Assembly (NCBI GenBank): GCA_963786955.1
Contig: CAWBAT010000002.1
Location: forward strand, 96,001-160,000
Reading direction: 5' to 3'
Length of the DNA: 64,000 nt
From: an uncultured Acidimicrobiia bacterium
GTDB lineage: Bacteria > Acidobacteriota > Terriglobia > Versatilivoradales > Versatilivoraceae
Each line of letters starts with the position of its first letter. Positions within the stretch are counted from its first letter, which is position 1. The translations under genes and the position numbers were made by a program. The notes under the pieces were generated by a model, which saw only the letters and a program-made list of their open reading frames with translations, was not told the DNA's origin and searched no databases. Below are positions 19,830-29,449 of the stretch, in pieces.

Positions 19830-22118
19830 CTATTCAAGTAAAAACACTCGCACATCCTGATGAGGAACTTCGACCCGAATACCTTTCCTTTCTAGTGGGA
19901 TTTCTTGCCCACTGTGGATATCTAAAACACGTTTACAAGGAATCGGAATCTCGATTCGGTCGGTCTGATCTTCGGTGCGATCGTTGAATATGGCGAGCAA
20001 GTTGCGAGTGTGCCCTTCGATGAGCCTTGGTCGAAGGCCGATAGAAGTGACCTTCGGTTTCACCACAGGAATGATGATGGCACGTAAGAACTCAATCCCG
20101 GCATCGTCTCCGGCGTGAATGGAAGCTCCCAGATTGGTGCCAAGGTAGTAGGCCATGCCCTGCCCTACTTTCTTCCTGGCGCCGACCCACAGATCTCGAT
20201 AGCGGGCTATAGGCTGAGCAGAAGAAACTTCGATAGGAGTCAGGAAGGTGTGCGCCTGAATGCTAAGCCCGGCCGGGTCCAAAACCTCGATTTCAGCTCC
20301 GCTATAAACGCTATCTTCATCAGGAACGATGCTCTTCTTCGCCGTGGAAGAGGTGTTACTGCTAATCGCCACCGATTCGTTGGTTTGAGGTTGAATATAG
20401 AAACTATCCTTCTCGCGATAACCAAACGTTTCAGCCAAACCATAGGGCGGAACTACGGGGTTATAGAAACAATGGCTGTCGAACAGTCCAAAAGCCGTGT
20501 CCAATATCAGCGTCCCTCCCCGTTCCACAAAGCGACGCAATTCCAGGCATGTTTCTTCCTTGCCCATGATGTGCCAGGGAGCGATGATCAACTTATAGCT
20601 GGCTGCCTTTAGGCTTTCGGGCTCGATAAAATCCGCCCACAGATCCAAGTTCCACAGCGCTTTGTAATATCCCCGAAACGACTTGATCGACACATCTTCC
20701 TGGCCATTCATGGCGTAAGTGAGTAGTGCGCTATCCGGATCTGTCAAGATGGCGATTTCCGGTTTTGGAAGGTGATCCTGCAAAACATCCCAGTAAGATT
20801 GAAAAAGCGCGCGATTGCGCGAAGCTTCTTCCGCACGATCGGTGCGAGCGCCGCTCCGTTCCACAAGCCCAAACCCTGTCGACTCGCTCCCGGAGCCTTC
20901 GGCCTGATAAGTCCAATACAGGATTCCCTTTGCTCCGCACGCTACGGCCAACCAGTTCCACAATCGGATATCCCGTGGACGCATTTGGGGGCTTCGCCAC
21001 AGTCCTCTATTTCCATGACCCCCTTGCAATTCCGCCATCCAGAATTCTCTTCCGGCAGCACAGCAGCGCGTGATCTCGAATTTGGCAGCCCCTTCAGAGA
21101 CTGGCAGGTTAAACCAGCGAGGGAATATGGAGACTCCCCAAGTATCCACTACCTCCGCCAGCCGCCAGCCGTCAATACCGCTGTGTGCGATCGGATCGAT
21201 CGGAGGATTATGCCCGGCATGATCCTCCATAATATGGGAAGGGTCGGCAGCTTTGAGTTGCTCGACTCGAAATTTGAGTTCAGCAGTGCTCCTTTCGATA
21301 ATGAAGCGCCGCCAATCGACCCAATCCATGTAGGTCCCCATGGCCCGCGGCGGATCAATCGACTGCCAACTGGGATAGCGGCGTACCCAGACTTCGTTCA
21401 AACGTTCCAGCGATCCGTAACGCTTTTCCAGCCAAACATGAAAAGCTTCAATGGTCTTATCGCAATAACAGAAAAGCCGCTCTTGCGGACCTGCCCAGAT
21501 GTTTCTTAACCAGGCCGGTTCGATATGGGGTTCGTTCCAGCAATCATAGGCATAGAAGGAAACATGGGAAGCGCTGAACTTGGCCAACGCCTGAATGTAG
21601 CGGGCCGCGGCTTCGCGAATGGGCTGCCAATCCAGGCATAACCCCGGCCAGCCTCCCGTCATATTGTTGCCGCTTCCCTGCAGCCGCTGAATAGTGCCTT
21701 TTGCATCAACGTAGCGCGTTTCGGGATGGGCTTGCTCGAGCCACCAGGGAGCGGTTTCAAGGACCAGTCCCATGAGAACCTTGATCCCGAGTTCGTCACA
21801 CCACTGCATGACTTCCGCAAGATCATCGAAGACGAAGCGATCCGGAGCAGGATTGTAATAATCCCAACCGGGGTAAATGCGAATGATGTTGAATCCATAA
21901 TCCTTGGCGATGGCCTGCAACATTTCTCGACGCTGCTCTCGTGGAGGGTTCGGAGGCCGGTAGAAAGCTGTGCCGTAGATAAATTGCTTCTTGGGAAGTT
22001 CACCTAAAGCATCGGTGGAGTTTGGCCCTGCCAAAATCCGCAAGCCGCTCCAGCTGAGACTAATGCCTGCTGACGCTTGCAGAAATTTTCGCCGCGAGAA
22101 GTTCCCTGGAAATTTCAT
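19830..22118 (-). CDS. GH42-like beta-galactosidase with trimerization domain, Tat-exported
   Basis: SRRKFL signal; WNEP acid/base; CYCDKT; WMAELQGG nucleophile; C-terminal GATase-like domain. Confidence 0.85.
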   Translation of the reverse strand: MKFPGNFSRRKFLQASAGISLSWSGLRILAGPNSTDALGELPKKQFIYGTAFYRPPNPPREQRREMLQAIAKDYGFNIIRIYPGWDYYNPAPDRFVFDDLAEVMQWCDELGIKVLMGLVLETAPWWLEQAHPETRYVDAKGTIQRLQGSGNNMTGGWPGLCLDWQPIREAAARYIQALAKFSASHVSFYAYDCWNEPHIEPAWLRNIWAGPQERLFCYCDKTIEAFHVWLEKRYGSLERLNEVWVRRYPSWQSIDPPRAMGTYMDWVDWRRFIIERSTAELKFRVEQLKAADPSHIMEDHAGHNPPIDPIAHSGIDGWRLAEVVDTWGVSIFPRWFNLPVSEGAAKFEITRCCAAGREFWMAELQGGHGNRGLWRSPQMRPRDIRLWNWLAVACGAKGILYWTYQAEGSGSESTGFGLVERSGARTDRAEEASRNRALFQSYWDVLQDHLPKPEIAILTDPDSALLTYAMNGQEDVSIKSFRGYYKALWNLDLWADFIEPESLKAASYKLIIAPWHIMGKEETCLELRRFVERGGTLILDTAFGLFDSHCFYNPVVPPYGLAETFGYREKDSFYIQPQTNESVAISSNTSSTAKKSIVPDEDSVYSGAEIEVLDPAGLSIQAHTFLTPIEVSSAQPIARYRDLWVGARKKVGQGMAYYLGTNLGASIHAGDDAGIEFLRAIIIPVVKPKVTSIGLRPRLIEGHTRNLLAIFNDRTEDQTDRIEIPIPCKRVLDIHSGQEIPLERKGIRVEVPHQDVRVFLLE

Positions 22119-22356
22119 CTTGAGAGTATTTATTTGGCTAAGTGTTGATGTCTTCCATTTAGAGGATTACCAACTTTAACAAGAGGGCAAAGAATAGCAT
22201 ACCTGCCTAATTGAGGAAGCTTTAGCATCCTTTGTCAAAGCGTGGAGTTCACACCCGATGGCGAATCTGAAATCAAACTACTTACTCAGTCGCAGTTTGA
22301 TGTATTCTTTTCTCAGCACGATACCATCATTTTGAAATCCAACATGGGAGGTCATT

Positions 22357-22770
22357 ATGAAAAGTTTCCAACAGTTCCGCACAATTGGTTTTATTTTTTT
22401 GGCCTTAGTTGGTGGGCCGAGCCCGACGATCGCCGCGCAGAGTGATCAAATAGGCTTCAGTCAATTTCGTCACTTTCTAGGTGGCTTTGTATCCGATAGC
22501 CAACAGTCGATGTCAACGTTACAGAGTCGTCCACATGTTCACATCGTCGAGGCGACTTACGGGGACAAGTCTACAGGCAACACTTGTGTGCCAAACTTGC
22601 GAATCTGCAAAGGGACCTCTGAATGTGAATTCACGGTAACTGACGGCCTTTGTGACGTGAATTCGAAGGTAAAAACACTTGAAGTCGTTTGGGACTGTGG
22701 TGCTGGTTCTGAAATGAAAACGACCACTGCGGTGAAGGGCACAAAAATTTCATTAGTGTGCGGAAATTAG
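22357..22770 (+). CDS. Secreted Cys-rich protein with SUEL (galactose/rhamnose-binding) lectin-like domain
   Basis: Signal peptide; IVEATYG..C..CKG..CEFTV..C..KTLEVVWDC pattern; RBS ggagg. Confidence 0.55.
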   Translation: MKSFQQFRTIGFIFLALVGGPSPTIAAQSDQIGFSQFRHFLGGFVSDSQQSMSTLQSRPHVHIVEATYGDKSTGNTCVPNLRICKGTSECEFTVTDGLCDVNSKVKTLEVVWDCGAGSEMKTTTAVKGTKISLVCGN

Positions 22771-22956
22771 ACTGATTTTTCGTTAGGGCATAGCGTACAG
22801 CCGGATCCTGTAGTGGTCAGTCATGCCAGCAAGCGGGTGACAAACAGTCCGCACGTTTGATCCGCTTTGAATAATTCCTTCCCTTCTTTACCTCTTGCCT
22901 TTCCTCTGAAAATTTGAGGGTACAAGCTTCCGACCGGGCATGAGAGACTATGTCGC

Positions 22957-23820
22957 TTAGCGGAAAATGGCCATGAGAATTTCGGCAAAAATCAACGCGA
23001 TGATCACCAGTTCCAGGGTGTGGCTCTGAGCCGTCCTGACCCGGTCAGTCAACAACTGATAGAAGTTGGCAATGATATCCAGCGGGCGGGAAACGGAGGC
23101 TCCCAGTCATGCAGATAGAATATTGCCGAGCGCATGTGCATCGGGCCAGGTAAAGGTCCCAATCAATTGAGCGCGCCATCTCCCCATTTCAAGTACCAGA
23201 AATTCGGTTCGAAGCTCCGCTAGTTCTTAAAAAACATTACGATAAGGGGTCTGGAACGGCAATGACCATCCCGTAGGTTCTCGGACTAACCCTTGATACT
23301 CACCGATCCGCTTGTCTAACTCGGCGTCGATGTAGCGGGCCTCCAGCAATTCCACGTTGAGTAACTCCAGCACGGTGGCTGCGTCCATGTAGTCCCGGTC
23401 GTATATGATCGCCGCGTTCCAATCAATCAAGACAAGATCGTTCTGAAAGTAGGTTATGCGTTGGGTTAATGCATCTTCCTGTTGTTCCCGACTCAGCGGC
23501 TGAGTTTCAAAGCGGAGAACTTGGGCAAGCGTCGCACGGTGCTGCGTCACTAACTCTTCCGCACGCCACAATTGATCAAATTCTTCAATGATGAACAAGT
23601 AATAATCCTCAACAAGGGAGGATAACTCAGGCTGAACAATGGCAGGTCGAATCCCCTCTATGAGTTGAAGCGCCAAAGTTTGCGCATGAGCCTCAAGATT
23701 CCGGCTGTAGAGTTCTTGGCTAAGTTTTGGGAGGTCTTGCAAGAAAAGCCTCTGCCCAGGAGCCGTTAAGCGCCAGCGATAAGCGAGCTTGCCGCTCCGA
23801 AGTCGAAAACCATCGCATGA
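22957..23820 (-). pseudogene. Decayed conserved membrane protein (RMD1/DUF155-like), 5'-truncated
   Basis: Fragments FDFGAAS / DLVLIDWNAAIIYD..VLELLNVELLEARYID / HTLELVIIALIFAEIL* lie in different frames; in-frame TAA at 23227 plus several indels. Confidence 0.65.
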
Positions 23821-23885
23821 ATGTTATAATTCAGTTTGCAGAGCCGTAAAGCTATATTCGTCATGGTATAGAAGACATTTACGAA

Positions 23886-24851
23886 CTAACGATTCTGCCC
23901 TGACGCCAGCAGAGCCTCAAGCTCGTTGCCAATTTGTTGGGCTATTTCCGCCTGGCATGTCACACCATCGCCAATATTCCGCGCGTAACGGCCAGCCCAA
24001 AGATGCTGGTCTGTCGGGCCGTGAATGAGTTGTGCCGTCACACGCACTCGATCCCCCGAGAGCAACAGCGTGCCTTCTAAAACGGCATCCACATTCAACT
24101 CACGGGCAATTTGAGTCAAATGTTTTGTCGTGCTCTTGTAGGCCAGGGTTGACCGTCGAGAAGTCACCTGCAAAGAACCAATCTTGGCCAGACGGGTGAT
24201 CAGTTCCTCCGTCAATCCCTCTGCGAAAGCTTCCTGCTCGTGTTCATGCTGCAAGGTGTCAAGCGGCAGAACCGCCACCGAGCGGATTAGCGGGAGATCT
24301 GTCTTCAGCCATTTCAGATGAGCATAGTGCCACTCGATCGCAAAAACTGCCATGACAACAACACTGATTCCTGCCCACAGAATGCCGGTTTTCAGCAATC
24401 TTGTTTTTCCATGCTTCGCCGGGGCTAACGGCTCACGGTCCACTCCTTTCTTGTCGCCCTCCAGAGCGGGGCCTTCCCCAACCACGGGAACGGTCGCTGA
24501 TTTTGTCTCTGGGACAATGGGTTCGATGGGATGGATGAATCGGTATCCCGTACGCGGAATCGTTTCGATGTAGTGTGATTGCTCCGCTGCATCCGAGAGG
24601 GCTTCTCGAATCCGATGCACGTCGTGGTTGAGAGCATTTTGAAAGTCTACAAACGTGCCATCTGGCCAGAGCTTCCGTTGCAACTCTTCCCGGCTAACAA
24701 TCTCTCCGTGGTGCTCAAGCAACAGCTTGAGCACCTGGAAAGGCTGGCTCTGTAAATTGACCCTGTGGCCATGGTTTGAGAGTTCATGCCTTTCAAAATC
24801 AACTTCAAATGCCCCAAAACGGATCTTGGATGGAGAAGTGAAAGGAGACAT
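23886..24851 (-). CDS. CadC/OmpR-type winged-helix regulator with TM segment and TolB-N-like domain (no TPR tail)
   Basis: IRFGAFEVD, LQSQPFQVL, YIETIPRTGYRFI, TM helix, SVAVLPL..GLTEELITRL..VDAVLEG. Confidence 0.88.
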   Translation of the reverse strand: MSPFTSPSKIRFGAFEVDFERHELSNHGHRVNLQSQPFQVLKLLLEHHGEIVSREELQRKLWPDGTFVDFQNALNHDVHRIREALSDAAEQSHYIETIPRTGYRFIHPIEPIVPETKSATVPVVGEGPALEGDKKGVDREPLAPAKHGKTRLLKTGILWAGISVVVMAVFAIEWHYAHLKWLKTDLPLIRSVAVLPLDTLQHEHEQEAFAEGLTEELITRLAKIGSLQVTSRRSTLAYKSTTKHLTQIARELNVDAVLEGTLLLSGDRVRVTAQLIHGPTDQHLWAGRYARNIGDGVTCQAEIAQQIGNELEALLASGQNR

Positions 24852-25262
24852 GGAGGACTACCTCCACGCTAGGATAGGGAATGATGACTAAAAATTCCCA
24901 TGTAATCTTTGGTAACTTCAATCAGTGTATACCTACTACCTTATTGAATCAATGATTTAACCATACAGATCTATTCCGGATCTAATCCACAAATAATTAA
25001 GAAATAAATAAGACCCAATCCATTGAAAAACGTGAGTCAGCGTGCTATGCAACACGTTATTAGGGGCGTTATAAGTTTCCTCAAGTCCCCTAAGCATTCT
25101 GTGGGTCTGACTCACTTCAAGAAGTGCCTTTAACTGCACTTCGCAATACCTAGACAAAACATAGGGAGCACGAACAAACACAGCAGGGAAGGTCCGCCGT
25201 TTCCCATTAGAAATTGGCGCGACTGTATTTCTGTTGAATTTCTCGTGGCTTAACTCCACTGG

Positions 25263-25381
25263 AAGGAGGCTTTTTTGACCTTACTGGCGAGCCTGCGGAG
25301 GTTCTACCGCACCCCACAGACTTACCATCAAGGGCGTACGCCCAAATATCTTGCGGTAGTTTTTGGTGGAGGAGGCGAATC
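25263..25381 (+). promoter_or_regulatory. Conserved structured 5' leader, copy 1
   Basis: Shares aaggagg, agcctgc, ttctaccgcacccc, cgcccaaatatcttgcggta and gtggagga with 26450-26569. Confidence 0.6.
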
Positions 25382-25912
25382 ATGAAAAAACTCGTTATCT
25401 CTCTATTCGCAATACTGATATTCAGCGGGTTCGCCGCAGCTCAAGAGCGGCCACAATGTTATGACTCGGAAGGGAACTTCATCTACAAGGGAGTGGGGGC
25501 CTGCTTTATCGAGCTTGCCGGCCAACCTAATGGCATAGCTGGTTTTACGGAGGACGGGAGGCTGATAGCGGAGTGGATAAATAATAATAACGATTGGATC
25601 AGGGGCAACCGGGTTAAAGGGACTTTCCATCTATCGGACGCGCACGCGAACCTTACCTTTATCCCGCCCAGTGCATGTGATCAAAATGGGCAAAATTGTG
25701 ATCCCACCAAGTTTTACCACGGCGAGGGCCTGATTTCACTCAATGGACCACTGTTTTTCGGCTCGTGCCCCGATACGCTTAATATTATGGGGAAGGTCCA
25801 GAGCCCCTCGTCGGGGGACTGGTTCAGGGCCCAGTACATGCTTGTATTGACGAAAAGCCAAACTGAGGGATGCAAACTAGGTTTTGAAAAACTCACCGTA
25901 ACGCCATTGTAG
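25382..25912 (+). CDS. Secreted hypothetical protein (beta-rich, 6 Cys)
   Basis: Strong RBS ggaggagg; signal peptide MKKLVISLFAILIFSGFAAA. Confidence 0.8.
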   Translation: MKKLVISLFAILIFSGFAAAQERPQCYDSEGNFIYKGVGACFIELAGQPNGIAGFTEDGRLIAEWINNNNDWIRGNRVKGTFHLSDAHANLTFIPPSACDQNGQNCDPTKFYHGEGLISLNGPLFFGSCPDTLNIMGKVQSPSSGDWFRAQYMLVLTKSQTEGCKLGFEKLTVTPL

Positions 25913-26048
25913 GTCGACGGTCTGGGGGGGGATCATCTCGATCACCCAATTGAGCATTAGCTAGCAGCGACGGTTAGTTCGCAACTCGGTCTGGCTGTGG
26001 CTACCGAAATCATTCTCCACATATTTGGAGGCAGCGAATAGCACAAGC

Positions 26049-26335
26049 GAAATTCACAGGTCGCTCCTCTGGAGCTTAGCGGGCAGATTTTGGCTGCATA
26101 CTATAAACAGGAGGCTCCTGACGGAGCCAACAAAGAATTGGAGAGGGGAGGAGGTACGAAAGCAGCGTGGTGCGACGATTATTCCCAACGGGACGAGGGC
26201 GTCCCGGCTCCAGCATCAGATTGGAGACGCCGCGCCCTCGCGGCGCCTTATTCCGGCCAAGCCGCATAGCGGCGGCCTGTTTATAGAACAGGTTATTCGT
26301 CAAGAATTGAAGCTCCGTTAGGAGCGACCTGTGAA
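26049..26335. repeat. REPIN-like inverted pair of REP doublets
   Basis: ttcacaggtcgctcctctggagct..ctataaacagg at 26049-26128; inverted cctgtttatag..agctccgttaggagcgacctgtgaa at ~26276-26335. Confidence 0.8.
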
Positions 26336-26449
26336 GATGGTGAATTTGCAATGTCCACAACCAGCCTCTTCCTGAAGGGCCGATCCGCCAGACGGCGGAC
26401 GAGGTCGAAGCAAATTTGGCAGTTGTCGCTCTGTTTTCATCTTCATTCA

Positions 26450-26569
26450 AAGGAGGTTCTATCAACCCGCGAGGCAAGCCTGCAAGGCTTCTACCGCACC
26501 CCGGGCAGCCTGCGCAACAAGGCCATCGCCCAAATATCTTGCGGTACTTTTAGGTGGAGGACGAATTAC
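26450..26569 (+). promoter_or_regulatory. Conserved structured 5' leader, copy 2
   Basis: Same blocks as 25263-25381, including the TACCGCA/TGCGGTA stem just before a T-run and the RBS. Confidence 0.6.
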
Positions 26570-27053
26570 ATGAAAAAACTCATTCTTGCTTTTGCAGCTT
26601 TGTTTAGCTTGGCACTACTTGTTGTGCCGTCTTTCCCGGCGGGGGGGACACACAGGTCTTGGACATCGCCATGAATGAAACCTGGGACCTCCCGTGTATT
26701 GGTGAAACGGTTCAGGTCACCGGGATACTACACTCGGTTTCTTCGGAAGTTATCAACAATAACAGGGGGCACTGGATGGTTCAGTATAATCCGAAGGGAT
26801 TGACCGGCGTGGCCTCACCACAGGTACGGTCTATCACGCAACTGGTCTAACACGCTATAGTTACGAGTGGACCGTACAACCTGATGAATACCCCTTGCAC
26901 TGGACCATCATAAATAAAATACCATTCATCAGCGAAGGTTCTGGGGCAAACTTCTTGGAGATTGACACGACGCAGTTGACGCTAAACGCCAATGGCGACG
27001 TGACGGTGGATTTCAACAACTCTCAGATTGTCTGCCGAGGAAGAAATCCTTAA
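26570..27053 (+). pseudogene. Secreted hypothetical protein with two apparent 1-nt deletions in G runs (probably sequencing errors)
   Basis: Adding one G at 26641-26647 and one at 26811-26812 gives a continuous ~161-aa protein MKKLIL..LPCIGETVQVTG..GVGLTTGTVYHATG..TLNANGDVTV..VCRGRNP*. Confidence 0.7.
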
Positions 27054-27392
27054 GCAATCCAGACGTCGGTGGCCACGGTCAATGCGAATGCAGCCACGAC
27101 GGTCTTGTTTGCTGATAATGTAATCACTTACAGCTTGGATGCGCCGCAGGACTCGTTCTCAGGCCTGCGGGGCTTCTGTGTTAGTGCTGCGATGTCTGCG
27201 GACCAATGGGGCAGCCACGAAGAACGCGTTTGTTACGGGCTTCGTGGGCTTTTCCTTAATTCTCATGGCCACGGCTGATGAGGGTCGAATAGGAAAAACT
27301 CACGATCAATGCCAAAAGGGCATTGATCGTGGTTACCAAAAACATTCTTCATCGGGTGCTTTGTCCCTACGGGAGCAGCGAGAAGCGTAAGG

Positions 27393-27471
27393 GAAATTCA
27401 CGGGCCGCTCCTCTGGAGCTTAAGAATCGATTGTGGCTCGAGACTATAAACAGGCGGCTCCTGACGGAGCC
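27393..27471. repeat. REP doublet, direct copy of 26049-26128
   Basis: gaaattcacgggccgctcctctggagctta..actataaacaggcggctcctgacggagcc. Confidence 0.8.
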
Positions 27472-27742
27472 GGCAGGCAATTGACGGAATGAGGATGACG
27501 GAAATCTTGTCGCTCGTACCGCCGGGTTAGGATAAACAATTGAGAATGCTTCACGGCCTAGAGCACAGTGGCAAGCCCTTTGGAACCTTTGTAGGCTAGA
27601 GGCTTTGTCAAAGCAGGCAGCAGAGTTGAATCTTAAATCTGCGGCTTTTGAAAGCGGCGAGGGGAAAGGCCGCGGATCCTTTCCATCCCCTGCCGCAAAG
27701 CAGCACCGCTTTCGAACGTGGACTGCGGGTCCGCACGGCAGT

Positions 27743-28777
27743 CTAGGGCTTCTGCGCCAACGCAAGGACGACAACAGCTGCCAGGATGATTACGCACCCC
27801 CAGGCCAGCCAGGTCTTGGCCAGGGCTCCGGCACTGGCCCATTCCCCTGTGGCTAACCCCGCCACGTTACTGGCGATAATATTAGTGCCCATCAGCAGTG
27901 GCCAGCCGACTACCGTCCCAAAATCACCCATTCGGTTGATTCCCATACCATAGATCGCCAATCCTCCGTACCAGAATCCGCCCATCAGCAGGCCAAACAG
28001 CCAATGGCTAGCTGTCCCGGGGAGTCTGAACCGCGAAGCAGTTCCATTCCGACGCAAAAGGTAAATGCAGTAAATGGCATTCGCCACAAATCCTCCGCTG
28101 GTGGCCAATGCAGCAGCAACGTTGGGAGCCCACACGGGGGAAGTTCCCAGGCGGCGGGCAGTCTCGATCGTCTCAGTCCCAAAGGCATAGGCGAAGTTCA
28201 AGAATGACGAAAGCAGGCCAGCTGCAATGCAGACGAGTAGTCCCGAAAGAAATGCTTTTTGCGAACTCCCTGGAGATTGCTCTCCCTTCAGAAGCCTTTC
28301 GGCCCGCTCCCGCAGTAGGCCTGCGACAGCCACGCCAGCAATCCCCCCAAACATGACCATACTCCCGATCAGATAAAAATATCCTTGAGTAGTGAAGATC
28401 TTCTGGGGAGTGAGAATAAGTAGTGGTACCAGAGACCCCGCCGAAGCACAGATACCCAGGATAATAGCCAGGCCGAGACCGATTCCCAGCATCTTCACAC
28501 CTAGCCCAACCAGCGTGGCGCCGATCCCCCAGCCGAAACCGAAGAGCACGATCATCCATAGTGATCTGGTAGGAGCAGAGGCATAAATCTCGGCAAGGCG
28601 GGGGATCGTCGCGGCATTCAACAGCCAGGGGAAAATAATGAAGCCGGTCAACGCAAACACAAGCCAAATGTGTTCAAATCCCCACTGCCGGGCATACTTC
28701 ATGGGTAATGCGAAAACTCCCAGCAAGATCCCTCCCAGCAATACAAGCGCCGCCCCAAGAAAAACAGAGATATCCAT
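27743..28777 (-). CDS. rhaT: L-rhamnose/H+ symporter RhaT family (DMT superfamily)
   Basis: FALPMKYARQWGFEHIW, GWGIG, GSLVP, GEW; about 10 TM helices; RBS ggagg. Confidence 0.8.
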   Translation of the reverse strand: MDISVFLGAALVLLGGILLGVFALPMKYARQWGFEHIWLVFALTGFIIFPWLLNAATIPRLAEIYASAPTRSLWMIVLFGFGWGIGATLVGLGVKMLGIGLGLAIILGICASAGSLVPLLILTPQKIFTTQGYFYLIGSMVMFGGIAGVAVAGLLRERAERLLKGEQSPGSSQKAFLSGLLVCIAAGLLSSFLNFAYAFGTETIETARRLGTSPVWAPNVAAALATSGGFVANAIYCIYLLRRNGTASRFRLPGTASHWLFGLLMGGFWYGGLAIYGMGINRMGDFGTVVGWPLLMGTNIIASNVAGLATGEWASAGALAKTWLAWGCVIILAAVVVLALAQKP

Positions 28778-28816
28778 GAGAGCCTCCAATAGAATAAAAG
28801 AACGCCAATTCAGCTT

Positions 28817-29377
28817 CTATAGATACCGTCTCACACGACTGCAATATTTCATGTACTCTTCACCAAAAACCTTTCGCAGATGCTGCTCTTCTGCCAAGAC
28901 TATTTTGTGGTGAACAGCGGCAACGAATACCCCAATGCAAAATAAGATTGGGTTCAGTGTGTAAAAGACGGCAGCAAGCAGCGTTGCATAAACTCCAAGA
29001 TACATTGGGTTCCGACTGAATCGGAATAAACCATTGATTTTCAGCTGGGTACTTTCTTTGGGAGACCCAATTCTAAAAGAGTCTCCCAGTCCAAACCGTC
29101 CGATGAATAAGAGCAAAAATCCTGAGACCCATAAGATCAGCGAAACCCATTTCAGAAACTCGGGTACCTTGATGAAGGAGAGGTTAATACCCCAGCTATG
29201 CGAAACCATGGCCCCCCAAAGAATAAGAATCGAATACTTACTCATGTAAAAAAGCTTCCGATCAATTGGTGGCTCGCCGTCCATTTCAATATTCCTGCGT
29301 CGAAACAGTTCCCCTCCACCGAACAAAACAACCAAGAACAAGACTGGAAGTAGCGTTATACCGAAAGACTCAATCAT
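28817..29377 (-). CDS. Isoprenylcysteine carboxylmethyltransferase (ICMT/PEMT) family membrane protein
   Basis: GLFRFSRNPMYLG, EEQHL..FGEEY..YC..VRRY. Confidence 0.85.
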   Translation of the reverse strand: MIESFGITLLPVLFLVVLFGGGELFRRRNIEMDGEPPIDRKLFYMSKYSILILWGAMVSHSWGINLSFIKVPEFLKWVSLILWVSGFLLLFIGRFGLGDSFRIGSPKESTQLKINGLFRFSRNPMYLGVYATLLAAVFYTLNPILFCIGVFVAAVHHKIVLAEEQHLRKVFGEEYMKYCSRVRRYL

Positions 29378-29449
29378 CACTAACTTCCTCAAGAGAAGTG
29401 CAATTATTACCAATGCCTTAGCGGCTGGGGTATCACCCGGCAGCGCGTT

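Noticed and set aside
25210-26435. Sigma-54 promoters at ttggc upstream of both leaders
   Set aside because: The -12 GC element is not at the required spacing in either copy
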